DNA of 64,000 nucleotides from the NCBI RefSeq assembly GCF_009914755.1, contig NC_060936.1; one strand, given 5' to 3'. This document shows, in pieces, positions 63,120 to 64,000 of the stretch. The position numbers and the translations under genes are program-made. This DNA comes from the human T2T-CHM13v2.0 reference genome, Homo sapiens. Within the stretch, counting starts at the first letter, position 1; every line of letters starts with the position of its first letter. Under the pieces are notes generated by a model that did not search any database, was not told where the DNA came from, and saw nothing but the letters and a program-made list of their open reading frames with translations.

Positions 63120-64000
63120 GGAATTCAAGCTATGGGGCAGCCACACTCCCCTCCTCCCAGGCTGGCATAGGTGGCCCTGGGCTGGCGGCTTAGGAAGCAT
63201 GGAGCACACTTAGGGTAGTGCCTGCCTGGGCAAGAGACACCTGCCGAGCAAAAGGAACGAGAATCTGGGGCTCAGAGCCTCGCAGTTGTGCCAGGATTTT
63301 CCTATACATGTTCAGGACCTCTGGGTAGAGGTTTCACAGTTTGTGACCCCATAACCACCCTCACCCGACGTGGGTTCTAGCTCAGTGTGCCTAATACTGC
63401 ATGGTAACCTGGGCTTGACCCTGAAGCCCCTGCCTGGCAGGCCACAGGACCTCTCCTGCCCACTTGGTGCTATCTCTTCCAGTGACCACCCAGCACGGGT
63501 GAGCACTGGCCAGCCTGGAGCCTGCAATCCAGGTGGAACAGACTGTCCTCCATGTCAGTTCCTTCTGGCTTCAGGCCCTCAATTATTTCCCTTTGAGCTT
63601 TTTTAGACCCTAGATCTCCTAGGCCCAGGCTCTCTCTTGACCCCAGAGAAGCCACTGTCAGGAAAGGAAGTGAACCCTACTGAAGCCAGAGAATTCACCC
63701 CGGCCAAAGCAGGCCCTCTGGGTCCAGCCCCTCATTCCACACCACGCCAGTATTGCATCCATCTACTGCAGCTACACATCCTGAGGGCAGCACCACCCAC
63801 TCTGGCCTGCTGGCCCATCGCAGGACTAGCCCAGGCACCTGCCGGGCATTGCAGGATATCCAGTGGGGCCTGTGACTGCTCCCTGATGCGTCAGAAGAGA
63901 AGTGTTGCACTTTAGTGGAGGAGCTGAGGAGCACCTGCCCCCTTGTAGCTTGAGTTCCTTTTGGTAACAGTAGCAGCCTCCATGGTGGTGTCTGGGATGC

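Overview
Primate (very likely human) genomic DNA covering the 3' end of ERC1 (ELKS/RAB6IP2/CAST2) on the + strand. Only 327 bp are coding: a 189-bp phase-0 internal exon (12828-13016, IIQPLLELDQ...KMTRGQ) and the last exon (CDS 58364-58501, LQDELEKG...ALEESS*). They encode the C-terminus of the ubiquitous isoform with its FIP-RBD-like segment. The rest is the end of an upstream intron (1-12827), a 45.3-kb last intron and at least 5.5 kb of 3'UTR running off the window. The introns are dense in Alus, old L1, MIR, MaLR/ERV LTRs (THE1, MLT1, MER21) and DNA-transposon fossils (MER58, Tigger3a, MER1A, MER44). None of the supplied ORFs is a credible gene, and both real exons are missing from the ORF track. 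I found no new multi-gene system. The best leads are local: (i) a ~275-bp non-Alu inverted duplication (25605-25876 / 27373-27654) whose second copy splits an old L1; (ii) a sense THE1 element carrying a complete candidate alternative last exon that would replace the C-terminal domain; (iii) a G-run 45-bp minisatellite just after the penultimate exon; (iv) a young 67-bp tandem duplication, candidate poly(A) sites and paired miRNA sites in the 3'UTR. Gene identity and repeat family names come from memory of the sequences, not a database search. Repeat boundaries are approximate.
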